Below, piece after piece: positions 1-8,525 of a stretch of 40,294 bases of DNA. The notes under the pieces were generated by a model. That model saw only the letters and a list, made by a program, of their open reading frames with translations. It searched no databases and was not told the origin of the DNA. The stretch covers positions 27,684-67,977 of the forward strand of contig DNDP01000461.1 in assembly GCA_003484235.1 (NCBI GenBank). The letters run 5' to 3'. Position numbers and translations under genes: made by a program. The first letter of the stretch is position 1; each line of letters begins with the position of its first letter. This stretch comes from Verrucomicrobiales bacterium (lineage in GTDB: Bacteria > Verrucomicrobiota > Verrucomicrobiia > Limisphaerales > RI-55).

Positions 1-1803
1 GATCTCTACATCGCGGTGGAGGCGTTTGACGATCACATCGAGGAACTGCACGCCACCGAACAACGGGAGGACCGGTTCTTTGAAGGCGATGACTTTGTAC
101 AGATCCACCTGGACCCGCGCCACAATCACCGGACCAAGTACGGGTTCTTCTCGAATCCCCTGGGCACGCGGCTGGACGGGGCAGAGGGTTTTTCCGGCAG
201 TTCCTGGACGACCGGCTGGTCGGCGGAGTGGGAACTGGCGGCCCGAATCCTCGAAGACCGCTGGGTCTTCGAGATGCGCATTCCCTTTGGCGTGATGAAC
301 TATCGCCGGGCGGATGGCCAGACATGGGGCATAAATTTCACCCGCCGCATCCCGCGCCTCGACAGCTACAGCTTCTGGAGTTTCAATCCGACCGATCCCT
401 TTCGCCCCCATAATTTCGGGCATCTGACGCACCTCGACCTGGCGGAGACGCAGTTCGACCGCAACCTGGAAGTTTCGCCGTACGTGAGCACCCGCGTCGA
501 TTTCAACGGGGCGTCCGAGGCCCATTTTGAAGCCGGCATCGACACGAGTTTTCGACTGAGCCCGTCTGTCATCACCGCGTTGACCCTCAACCCGGACTTC
601 GGGCAGGTCGAGGCCGACGCGGACACAATCGAGTTGCGGGATACCGAACGGTTCCTTCCGGAGAGGCGGCTGTTCTTTCGCGAAGGCGCCGAGATCTTTC
701 AGATGCGCCACCGCCTCTACTACAGCCGCCGCTTCACGGACATACTCACCGGCGCAAAAATCAGCGGCGAGATGAACAAGCTCAATTTCGCGTTCCTGAA
801 CATCCAGGGGGACACGCAGCATGGCGGAACGCGGAACGGGAACTCCAGCGTGCTGCGGGCGGTCCAGCATGTCCAAAACAAGTCCTCCATCGGCTACTAC
901 CTCAATGCCTCGGAATTCGAGGATGGCCATTCCCGGGTGGCGAGCACCGACGGCTACTTTTTCCTCACTGATGAATGGCGCCTCTCCTATCAGGCATCGG
1001 TGGCGGATGATCGGCTGACGCCGGAATCCGGCGTGCCGGGCAAAGACCGGGTCGACTACCTTGGATTTGGGGCGCTGAGCTACGAGAGTTACCCCTGGTA
1101 CTTCACCCTGAGCTATGATGCCATCACGGAAGGATTTGATCCGAACCTGGGGTTGATCTTCCGCCGGGACATCTTCGGGCCCACTTTCGAGGCCGCCTAT
1201 CGGCACGATTCGGACGAGCGCTGGTACAAGAGGCTCGACGTCGCTTTCGATGCCAGCAGGTACCAGGACGAGGAGGGCAAAACCGTGCTGCGGGATTATC
1301 TCATCGCCTCGAGGGCGGTCTTTCCAAACGATCTGGGCGTGTCGCTTTCCCACGCCGACGAGTTCCATGCTCCCTACAACAACCACCGCACCTCGGGCAG
1401 GCTGTCATTCAACACGTCCGATCTCTGGCGCTCGGTCGACGTCGGCTGGGCGGGCGGCGTCTTCCAGGAGGTGGACTACAACGAACTGTCGTTTGGCAAA
1501 CCCTACAAGCCCTTTGAACGGCTGCCGATCCGCTATGAGCTGAACCTCCGCTTTGAGGAACTGCCCACGGGCGGGGACAACCTCGCCTGGCTGAACCGAA
1601 TCGTCTTCGACTACTTCATCACCGACGACATGTGGCTGAAATCATCCCTGCAGCACCGGGATGACAGCATCCACAACATCAGCGTCATTTACGGGTGGAA
1701 GATCAGGCCGGACCTTCAGTGGTATCTGGTCTACAACAGCGTTGCTGACGACGACGACACAAGGAACAGCGCCTTCACCAAGCTGGTCTACACCTTCAAC
1801 TGA
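1..1803 (+). CDS. CBM9/DUF5916-like carbohydrate-binding, probably outer-membrane-associated protein (5' partial)
   Basis: The frame is open from base 1 (GAT CTC TAC ATC GCG precedes the listed GTG at 16), and the stop is TGA at 1801-1803. The N-terminal part carries CBM9/DUF5916-like motifs (FVQIHLDPRHNHRTKYGFF, WSAEWELAARI..WVFEMRIPF). It is followed by a long beta-rich Tyr/Asp/Gly-rich region ending in LVYTFN. The family assignment is by recollection of motif style only. Confidence 0.7.
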   Translation, partial: DLYIAVEAFDDHIEELHATEQREDRFFEGDDFVQIHLDPRHNHRTKYGFFSNPLGTRLDGAEGFSGSSWTTGWSAEWELAARILEDRWVFEMRIPFGVMNYRRADGQTWGINFTRRIPRLDSYSFWSFNPTDPFRPHNFGHLTHLDLAETQFDRNLEVSPYVSTRVDFNGASEAHFEAGIDTSFRLSPSVITALTLNPDFGQVEADADTIELRDTERFLPERRLFFREGAEIFQMRHRLYYSRRFTDILTGAKISGEMNKLNFAFLNIQGDTQHGGTRNGNSSVLRAVQHVQNKSSIGYYLNASEFEDGHSRVASTDGYFFLTDEWRLSYQASVADDRLTPESGVPGKDRVDYLGFGALSYESYPWYFTLSYDAITEGFDPNLGLIFRRDIFGPTFEAAYRHDSDERWYKRLDVAFDASRYQDEEGKTVLRDYLIASRAVFPNDLGVSLSHADEFHAPYNNHRTSGRLSFNTSDLWRSVDVGWAGGVFQEVDYNELSFGKPYKPFERLPIRYELNLRFEELPTGGDNLAWLNRIVFDYFITDDMWLKSSLQHRDDSIHNISVIYGWKIRPDLQWYLVYNSVADDDDTRNSAFTKLVYTFN

Positions 1804-1810
1804 ACGGAAG

Positions 1811-1834
1811 CGCCGTGGGCTCGGCGCCACGGCG
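1811..1834. terminator. GC-rich hairpin between convergent genes (possible bidirectional terminator)
   Basis: CGCCGTGG (1811-1818) is the perfect reverse complement of CCACGGCG (1827-1834), with an 8-nt loop. It lies 8 nt after the stop at 1803 and about 80 nt after the convergent stop at 1912. No U-tract follows on either strand. Confidence 0.35.
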
Positions 1835-1911
1835 GAGTCGGCCTGTCACGGCTGAACCACGACGAATGGAGAGCCCAGCCGGCCCATTCATTGATCCGGC
1901 CCGCCGGTCAT

Positions 1912-2940
1912 TCACGGCGCGATTACGATCTTCCCCGCCACCTTCCGGGCGCGCAGCAGGTCGAAGGCTTCACGGGTCTGACCAAGTGGCATGACGCGGT
2001 CGACCACGGCCCTGAGCCGGCCCTCGGCCGCCCATTTGAGCGTGCGGTCCATGGCGGCGCGGTTGCGCCCGTAGCTGCCCACGATTCGCTGCTGCTTCAC
2101 GAAGAGCGGCCAGAGATCGATGGGAACCTGTTTGCCGGCAGTTGCACCGCAGGTCACGACCGTGCCGTTCCGCGCCAGGCATTGCAGCGCCTGGAGGATG
2201 ACCTCGCCGCCGATGTGCTCGACCACGACGTCCACGCCGCGTCTGCCGGTCAGTTGCCGGACGTCCCTCGCCCAGTACTTGGCGGCATGATCCACGACGT
2301 GGTCCGCGCCGAGTTCAGCCGCGAACTTCCGTTTCTCCTCGGTTGAGCCGGTGCTGATGACCCGGGCGCCCAGCCCCTTGGCGATCTGGATGGCCGCCGA
2401 GCCGACGCCGCTGTTGCCGCCCATGACCAGCACCCAGTCGCCCGGCTTCACGGTGGTCCGCGACGTCAGCATGTGCATCGCCGTGCTGCCGGCCAGGGTC
2501 AATGCCGCCGACGCGATGAAATCGACCTCCGCCGGCAGGCGGACCAATGACAGGACCGGCACCAGCACTTTTTCGGCAAACCCGCCATCCACCTGGACCC
2601 CGAGAATGCGTCCGTTCACGCAGATCGACTCCTCACCCTGTTGGCAGAACTCACACTCGCCGCAGAATAGATTCGACTGGATGGCCACGCGGTCGCCGGG
2701 CTTCCAGCCGCCCACTCCGCTTCCAACCGATTCCACCTCGCCGGCGACCTCGCCGCCGGGCGTCCGGGGCGTTGGCAACGGAATGGGCAGATCGCCCTGT
2801 TCGTGCCAGAGGTCGAGGCGGTTGAGCCCGCAACCCCTGACACGGACGACCACTTCGTCCGGTCCCGGTGCGGGGTCCGGCAGGTTCCTGAGTTCAAGTC
2901 TGCCTGGGTTGCCGTGTTCGATGATCTGTATGGCTCTCAT
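1912..2940 (-). CDS. Medium-chain dehydrogenase/reductase (zinc-type alcohol dehydrogenase / quinone oxidoreductase family)
   Basis: The translation starts MRAIQIIEHGNPGRLELRNLPDP. It has a structural-Zn Cys cluster (CGECEFCQQGEESIC) and a Rossmann motif (LVMGGNSGVGSAAIQIAKGLGARV). The listed start at 2979 is TTG, and the in-frame ATG at 2940 gives the canonical MDR N-terminus. Confidence 0.9.
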   Translation of the reverse strand: MRAIQIIEHGNPGRLELRNLPDPAPGPDEVVVRVRGCGLNRLDLWHEQGDLPIPLPTPRTPGGEVAGEVESVGSGVGGWKPGDRVAIQSNLFCGECEFCQQGEESICVNGRILGVQVDGGFAEKVLVPVLSLVRLPAEVDFIASAALTLAGSTAMHMLTSRTTVKPGDWVLVMGGNSGVGSAAIQIAKGLGARVISTGSTEEKRKFAAELGADHVVDHAAKYWARDVRQLTGRRGVDVVVEHIGGEVILQALQCLARNGTVVTCGATAGKQVPIDLWPLFVKQQRIVGSYGRNRAAMDRTLKWAAEGRLRAVVDRVMPLGQTREAFDLLRARKVAGKIVIAP

Positions 2941-3006
2941 GAAGTGCAATGGTTCGCCCGGTGCGGATTCCCGGTTCAATCGCCGGATCTACGGTCGGCC
3001 CGCCGA

Positions 3007-5577
3007 CTATTTCCCCATCTGCCCACGGGTAACCCCGAGCTGGTTCTGCAGCTTGAGTTCCCGCCAGAGGTCCGAGCCGTTGATCTCACCCCGCAACAAC
3101 GCCTGATAGCGGCCCAGCGTGTGCCGCACTTCGGCCGGCGATTCGTTGACAAACTCGATCCGGAAGCGGCGCACGCCAAGGTTCCGCAGCGCCCCGTAGT
3201 ACTCCGCCCCGGTCTGGGCGCGGGCATTGTAAAGCGTGTTGCGGCAGCCGACGTCCGCCTTCAGCGGATGCTCCATCCCGACGCGGTCCCGCACTTTCAC
3301 GTCATGCCGGTCACACGGGCGCCCGCAATCGCGGTAATCCCTGCCCTTGGAAAGGAAGGCGCAGAAGACACAGTGCTCCATGTGAAACATCGGCATGTGC
3401 TGGTGCAGCGTCACCTCGAACCACCCGGGAGGCGCCGCCTGCAGCAGTGCCGCCAGCTGGACATTGTTCAGGTCGTACGACGCGGTCAGCCGTTCGAGCC
3501 GATACCGGCTCATGAAGTACCCGGCGGTCAGCTGGTTGGCCACGTTGAGTGAAAAGTCGCCGACCTTTCGGTCCCCGGCGAAGAAGTTGAGGTGATCGTA
3601 GTTCCGCACGAGGTATCCGTCGGCCTCGCACGAGCGCACCTGCTTCAGAATCCAGTCCTCGCCCATCTTGAAGATGCGGGGCGGTGCGACGAACACCTCC
3701 GGGGCAGCGGCACCCGGAGCAGGCGAGAACGAGCGGACCATGGCCACCGCCTCACGATACCCCTTTGGGCTTTCAAAATCGCAGTAGAGCGTGGTGATGC
3801 CGGATTGTAGTGCGGCTTCAAGCTGCGGCAGCGAACGTGTGAGCACCACCAGCTGGGTGGCCGTTTCACCTTCAGGCCGAGCGGTGGAGGCGCCACGGTC
3901 CCCGGAGGCAAAGTCAGACAGCCGGCCCTGGCTCAACGTCCAGCGCCGCGGTTCGGCCCGGAGCTGCTCCAGGCGCTGGATGGCATCGCGACGCAGGCGG
4001 TTCAGTTCGCTGACCGGCAAGATGACGTCGCCCACCAGCTGGCTGTCGATTCCGGCCAGCCGGAACGGCGTTCCCCCAAGTCTGCCGAGCTGCTGCTCCA
4101 GACGGGCGGCATCGAGCGGAGCGTTGGTGGCGTGCTCGAGCCTCCTAACCGATTCGGCCTTCACCACGTGGCCCTGTTCGTCGTAAAGCAACACCGCCAG
4201 CGGTTCCCCTGCCCGGCCATGGACCTCCATGCTCACCGGCCGTTGGTAGCGCGGCTGGTCACCCTCAAATGTCTGCCTCACGCGCTTCTCGAACTCCGGA
4301 TCGCTGGTCTTCCAGACCCGGTCACCAACATGCACCCGCGAGAAATCCACGGCGCCGCCACCAAACGAAAGCCATTGTTCCCCTGCCGAGGAACGGCCCT
4401 CGGCGTCGAGCCGATAGACCCGACCGCCCTCCTCCCCCGCCTCGGGATTGCCATGGTCGAACACCACGCCGTCGCCGGTCTTCAGCGGCGCAGCCAGCCG
4501 CACGAGCACGCGGCCACCCGCCACCCGTGTCACCTCCCCCAGGAACACCCCGCGCTTCTTGCCGAAGCGTGCGTGGGCCAGCTCCTGATTGTTGATGCCG
4601 CGGAACCATCCGGTGTAGAGGCCACGCGAGAACGACATTTCCAGATCGTGACGCGAGGCGTTGAAAAGGGCCGCGGCATCCGGCCGTCGCTCATTCTCCA
4701 GGTCGGCGCAGATCCGGTCCACCGCCTGGCGGTAGGCCCGGGTAATGCCGGCCACGTAGTCGGGTGATTTCAGGCGTCCTTCGATCTTGAGCGAGGCCAC
4801 CCCCGACCGGATCAGCTCGGGCAGGACTTCCATGCCGGCGAGATCCTGGGGACTCAGGAGATACTGCCGGTCGCCGAGCTCGACCTTGCGGCCGTCGCTG
4901 ATCAGTTCATACGGCATCCGGCAGGCCTGGGCGCACTCACCGCGGTTGGCGGAACGGCCGCCCAGCACCTCGCTGGTCAGGCACTGGCCGGAGTAGGCGA
5001 CGCAGAGGGCGCCATGAACGAAAACTTCCAGTGGCAGTGGTTTCGATTCCGTGGCCGTTTCGCCGGTCTGCGCCTCCTGAATCTTCCCGATTTCGGCGAG
5101 CGAGCATTCCCGCGCCAGCACGGTCAGATTGCAGCCGAGTTCGCGGGCAAAGGCGACACCACCCGCGCTGCTGATGGTCATCTGGGTCGAGGCATGAATC
5201 GGAAAATCCGGGGACAACCGGCGGATCAGGCGGCAGATGCCGACGTCCTGGACGATGGCGGCATCAACCCCCGCGCTGATGATCGAGCGGAGATGGGACT
5301 CCGCATCCGGCAGCTCGTTTTGAAACACCAGCGTGTTGAAGGTGACGTAGCCGCGGACACCCCGCCGGTGCAGAAAGGACATCAGGTCGGGAAGATCGGC
5401 CGCAACAAAGTTCTTTGCCCGCATCCGGGCATTGAACTTCTCAAGACCGAAATAGATGGCATCGGCGCCGTTCTCGACTGCGGCCCGGGCGCATTCCCAG
5501 TCGCCGGCAGGCGCGAGAATCTCGGGACGCCGCAGCCGGTTTGCAGCCGGTTTTGGTTCTGGACGGGCAAGGTTCAT
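3007..5577 (-). CDS. U32-family protein with two U32-like modules (peptidase U32 / Fe-S hydroxylase-like)
   Basis: The start is ATG at 5577. The N-terminus PEILAPAGDWECARAAVENGADAIYFGL and the U32 signature EVFVHGALCVAYSGQC are present. The first module has a C-x6-C-x15-C-x3-C cluster (CVAYSGQC..15 aa..CAQAC). The C-terminal module has a second four-Cys cluster (HCVFCAFLSKGRDYRDCGRPC). Length is 856 aa. Confidence 0.9.
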   Translation of the reverse strand: MNLARPEPKPAANRLRRPEILAPAGDWECARAAVENGADAIYFGLEKFNARMRAKNFVAADLPDLMSFLHRRGVRGYVTFNTLVFQNELPDAESHLRSIISAGVDAAIVQDVGICRLIRRLSPDFPIHASTQMTISSAGGVAFARELGCNLTVLARECSLAEIGKIQEAQTGETATESKPLPLEVFVHGALCVAYSGQCLTSEVLGGRSANRGECAQACRMPYELISDGRKVELGDRQYLLSPQDLAGMEVLPELIRSGVASLKIEGRLKSPDYVAGITRAYRQAVDRICADLENERRPDAAALFNASRHDLEMSFSRGLYTGWFRGINNQELAHARFGKKRGVFLGEVTRVAGGRVLVRLAAPLKTGDGVVFDHGNPEAGEEGGRVYRLDAEGRSSAGEQWLSFGGGAVDFSRVHVGDRVWKTSDPEFEKRVRQTFEGDQPRYQRPVSMEVHGRAGEPLAVLLYDEQGHVVKAESVRRLEHATNAPLDAARLEQQLGRLGGTPFRLAGIDSQLVGDVILPVSELNRLRRDAIQRLEQLRAEPRRWTLSQGRLSDFASGDRGASTARPEGETATQLVVLTRSLPQLEAALQSGITTLYCDFESPKGYREAVAMVRSFSPAPGAAAPEVFVAPPRIFKMGEDWILKQVRSCEADGYLVRNYDHLNFFAGDRKVGDFSLNVANQLTAGYFMSRYRLERLTASYDLNNVQLAALLQAAPPGWFEVTLHQHMPMFHMEHCVFCAFLSKGRDYRDCGRPCDRHDVKVRDRVGMEHPLKADVGCRNTLYNARAQTGAEYYGALRNLGVRRFRIEFVNESPAEVRHTLGRYQALLRGEINGSDLWRELKLQNQLGVTRGQMGK

Positions 5578-5653
5578 GTCCGTAATGAGGTCGCAGCCTA
5601 ACGAAGTTGACTCCGGGGCTCAAACATTCCCACGCACGGCCAAAGGACAATTT

Positions 5654-6199
5654 ATGAAGATCGAAGAAATGCACATCGGCATGGCGGTCCGGCACCCGCA
5701 GTACGGCACCGGTACGGTCAAGGCGCTGACCGAGCAAAGCGCCAGCATCCAGTTCAGCGATGCGATACGGGAAGTGTCACCCGGCCTGAGCGACCTGCTT
5801 CCGGCCGAGGCGGCCGCCTCGGTCAAGGGTCTTGAGCTGCCCCTCAAACAATTTGTAGCCGACATCGTCGAGTCCACCGTGAACCGGTTCGGCATCAGCA
5901 AGCCGGATGAGGTGGTCGGCCAGCTGGCCGCCAGATGGCGAAAGGGCACCCTGGTGCTCAAACCTGCAGATCCCACCCTGCAGCCGAAGGACATCGAGCT
6001 CGAGGTCTTCTTCCACAAGATCGTGATGATGCGGAACAACCTCCGGGTGCTGGAACAGAAGATCAACGCCATGGATGAGCTTTCGGCTGCCGACAAGTTC
6101 GACCTCCAGCAGTACATCACGCGCTGCTACGGCTCGATGACGACCTTCAATGTGCTGTTCCGGGACAAGGAGGACCAGTTCTCCACGCAAAAGCGATAA
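5654..6199 (+). CDS. Hypothetical protein with a Tudor/DUF3553-like N-terminus
   Basis: The ATG at 5654 is preceded by AAAGGAC. It is divergent from the U32 gene with a 76-nt spacer. The N-terminus MHIGMAVRHPQYGTGTVKAL resembles the small beta-barrel found at the UvrD/PcrA C-terminus and in DUF3553. I do not recognise the rest. The longer listed ORF start at 5456 overlaps the U32 gene and has Arg/Ala-rich shadow-like composition. Confidence 0.6.
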   Translation: MKIEEMHIGMAVRHPQYGTGTVKALTEQSASIQFSDAIREVSPGLSDLLPAEAAASVKGLELPLKQFVADIVESTVNRFGISKPDEVVGQLAARWRKGTLVLKPADPTLQPKDIELEVFFHKIVMMRNNLRVLEQKINAMDELSAADKFDLQQYITRCYGSMTTFNVLFRDKEDQFSTQKR

Positions 6200-6360
6200 G
6201 CGTTCGGGAGCTGCGATGCGGCATTCGACGGTGAGCCGCCGGGAGAAAGTTTGGTTGGAATGGCCCGCGACTAGCTAAACCGGGCCAGCGGGTGTGCTTT
6301 TAACCGGACGGGAAACTGGTCGCCGTGGTGGGGGCCGACCTGTCCCAGCCCGCCCATACT

Positions 6361-8391
6361 ATGAAACTCTTCCTCCAAAGCCTCGTAAGCAACGCCGAAT
6401 TCAGCGACCAGTACGTCAAGGCCGCCCTCATGGTGTCGCTGTTGTCGGTCTGGGTTTTGGTGGGTCTGTTCTTCTATCTGAACCAATACACCAAGAGGAA
6501 CTATTTCACGGTTTGGACGGCTGCCTGGCTCTTTTATGCTCTCTGGCTCACGTTGAGCATCACCCAGGATTCGAAGGAACTCGGCACCTGGGCGTTTGTA
6601 GTCAAGCAGTGGTGTGTGGGCATCTCCGCGGTATTCCTCCTCTGGGGCAGCCTGCAGTTTCTCGGCCTGCCGGTGCGACAGACGCTGTTCGGCCTGTTCA
6701 TGTTGTTTCTGATGGTTTGGACCATGGTCAGTCCGGAGCTGACCAACCACGACAAGCTCTTGGCCCAGCTGCCGGTGTTCATCCTCATGGGGCTGGGCAG
6801 CATCTTCGCGGCGGTCTGCTTCTTCCGACTGCGCAAGAAGATGCCATTTGTCGGGGCCGGCATGCTTTCACTGGGATTCTTCCTCTGGGGCGTCTATCTC
6901 GGAACCTACCCATTTTCGACCAACTACAACAATCTCAGCAATGCCGGTTTCTTCGTGGCGGCTGTCCTGCAATTGTTCATTGCGGTGTCCATGATTGTCC
7001 TCGTATTGGAAGAGGTCCGCTACAAGAACGAGCAGGTGCTCCAGCAAATCGCTGCAATTCAGACGGAAAAGGAGGCCCTGCAGGTCCAGGTGCTTTCGTC
7101 AGAGGAGAAGTGCCGGACGTTGTTTGACCAGGTCCGGCTGACCGAGGGTTTGCAGAAAGCCTACGACGAGCTCCGGTTGACCCAAAACTCGGTCATGCAG
7201 CTGGAACGGCTGCGGGCGCTCGGCCAGATGGCCAGCGGAATGGCCCACGACATCAACAACGCCCTTTCGCCGATCGTGGCCTACTCCGACATCCTGCTCA
7301 CAACACTGAAGGACATCCCCGACAAATCCCGCAAGCACATCGAATACATCCGCAAGTCAGGTGAGGACATCGCCCACATCGTCGCCCGGATGCGAGAATT
7401 TTACCGGCGCCGTCATGGCGAGGAAGATCTGGCGCCCGTCAACCTGAACCGGGTGATCGACGAGGTCATCGAACTGACCCGACCCCGCTGGCGGGACATG
7501 AGCCAGAACGCCGGCATCAAGGTGGAGGTGAACACCCGCTTCGAAAAACTGCTCCCCGCCTTCCCGAGCGACGAAAGCGAACTGCGCGAGGCGCTCACCA
7601 ACCTGCTCTTCAACGCCCTCGATGCCCTGCCTCAAGGCGGCGACATCACCTTCACCACCCGGGCGGTCGCCGTCCGGGGCGGCCCCTGCGGGGAGGTCAA
7701 GTACAGCCACGTCATCATGGAGATCACCGACAGCGGTGTGGGCATGGATGAAAAGACCCGGCAACGGTGCCTCGAGCCGTTCTTCTCCACCAAGACCCAG
7801 CGGGGCGGCTCGGGTCTCGGGTTGGCGATGGTCTACGGCATGATGGAACGTCACGACGGCGCCATCGAGATCGAGAGCGAAGTGGGCAAGGGCACGACCT
7901 TCAGGCTGGTCTTCCCGGTGCGCGGTTGCGTCCGCCGCCGCAATGGCCGCTCGGACACCAATGCCTTCGCCCGACCGCTGCGGATTCTGTGCATCGACGA
8001 CGAGCCGCTCATCCGCGAACTGCTCACCGATTCGCTGGTGCTCTTCAAACACCAGGTGGTCACCGCCGACAGCGGCACCGCCGGTTTGAACCTGTTCCGC
8101 AAGGCCGCCGAGCGGAATGAGGCCTTCGAAGTCGTCATCACCGACCTGGGCATGCCGGAAATGGACGGCCGCCAGGTCGCCAATGCCATCAAGGCCGAAT
8201 GGCCGGGCACTCCGGTGGTCATGCTGACCGGCTGGGGCACCATGATGAAGGAGGACGGCGATGTTCCTGCCCAGGTGGACGGCGTGCTGAGCAAGCCGCC
8301 CCGGGTCAAGGAACTGGGCGACATGCTCGCCCGCGTGATTGCCCAGAACTCCCGCAAGAAGGAGTCGGGCGCCATCGTGCGCACCGAGTAG
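6361..8391 (+). CDS. Hybrid sensor histidine kinase / response regulator with a polytopic (about 7 TM) N-terminal sensor domain
   Basis: About seven hydrophobic segments occupy the first ~220 aa. A coiled coil follows, then an H-box (MASGMAHDINNALSPI), N-box (LTNLLFNALDAL), G1 (DSGVGMD) and G2 (GSGLGLAMV). A C-terminal receiver is present (ILCIDDEP..VITDLGMPEMDG..LSKP). The start could be ATG 6361 or GTG 6325. Confidence 0.9.
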   Translation: MKLFLQSLVSNAEFSDQYVKAALMVSLLSVWVLVGLFFYLNQYTKRNYFTVWTAAWLFYALWLTLSITQDSKELGTWAFVVKQWCVGISAVFLLWGSLQFLGLPVRQTLFGLFMLFLMVWTMVSPELTNHDKLLAQLPVFILMGLGSIFAAVCFFRLRKKMPFVGAGMLSLGFFLWGVYLGTYPFSTNYNNLSNAGFFVAAVLQLFIAVSMIVLVLEEVRYKNEQVLQQIAAIQTEKEALQVQVLSSEEKCRTLFDQVRLTEGLQKAYDELRLTQNSVMQLERLRALGQMASGMAHDINNALSPIVAYSDILLTTLKDIPDKSRKHIEYIRKSGEDIAHIVARMREFYRRRHGEEDLAPVNLNRVIDEVIELTRPRWRDMSQNAGIKVEVNTRFEKLLPAFPSDESELREALTNLLFNALDALPQGGDITFTTRAVAVRGGPCGEVKYSHVIMEITDSGVGMDEKTRQRCLEPFFSTKTQRGGSGLGLAMVYGMMERHDGAIEIESEVGKGTTFRLVFPVRGCVRRRNGRSDTNAFARPLRILCIDDEPLIRELLTDSLVLFKHQVVTADSGTAGLNLFRKAAERNEAFEVVITDLGMPEMDGRQVANAIKAEWPGTPVVMLTGWGTMMKEDGDVPAQVDGVLSKPPRVKELGDMLARVIAQNSRKKESGAIVRTE

Positions 8392-8420
8392 CCGGCGCGG
8401 CACCCCATTTGACCGAAAGC

Positions 8421-8448
8421 GGTGGCCTGACAACCCGGCCACCTTTTT
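8421..8448 (+). terminator. Rho-independent terminator after the hybrid kinase gene
   Basis: GGTGGCC (8421-8427) pairs with GGCCACC (8437-8443) across a 9-nt loop. TTTTT (8444-8448) and then CGTTTC follow. The hairpin starts 30 nt after the TAG stop at 8391. Confidence 0.6.
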
Positions 8449-8525
8449 CGTTTCTGGAATGGTCGTTGAAATTCAACGCCACGTTCTGGAAGCTCCCGCC
8501 CGTGGCTGACGAACTGACTCTCACC

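Noticed and set aside
8199-8525. N-terminal 109-codon extension of the GH13-GDE ORF as listed in the track (start 8199)
   Set aside because: It would overlap the last 193 nt of the hybrid kinase gene and read through the rho-independent terminator at 8421-8448. The ATG at 8526 is the first start downstream of the terminator.
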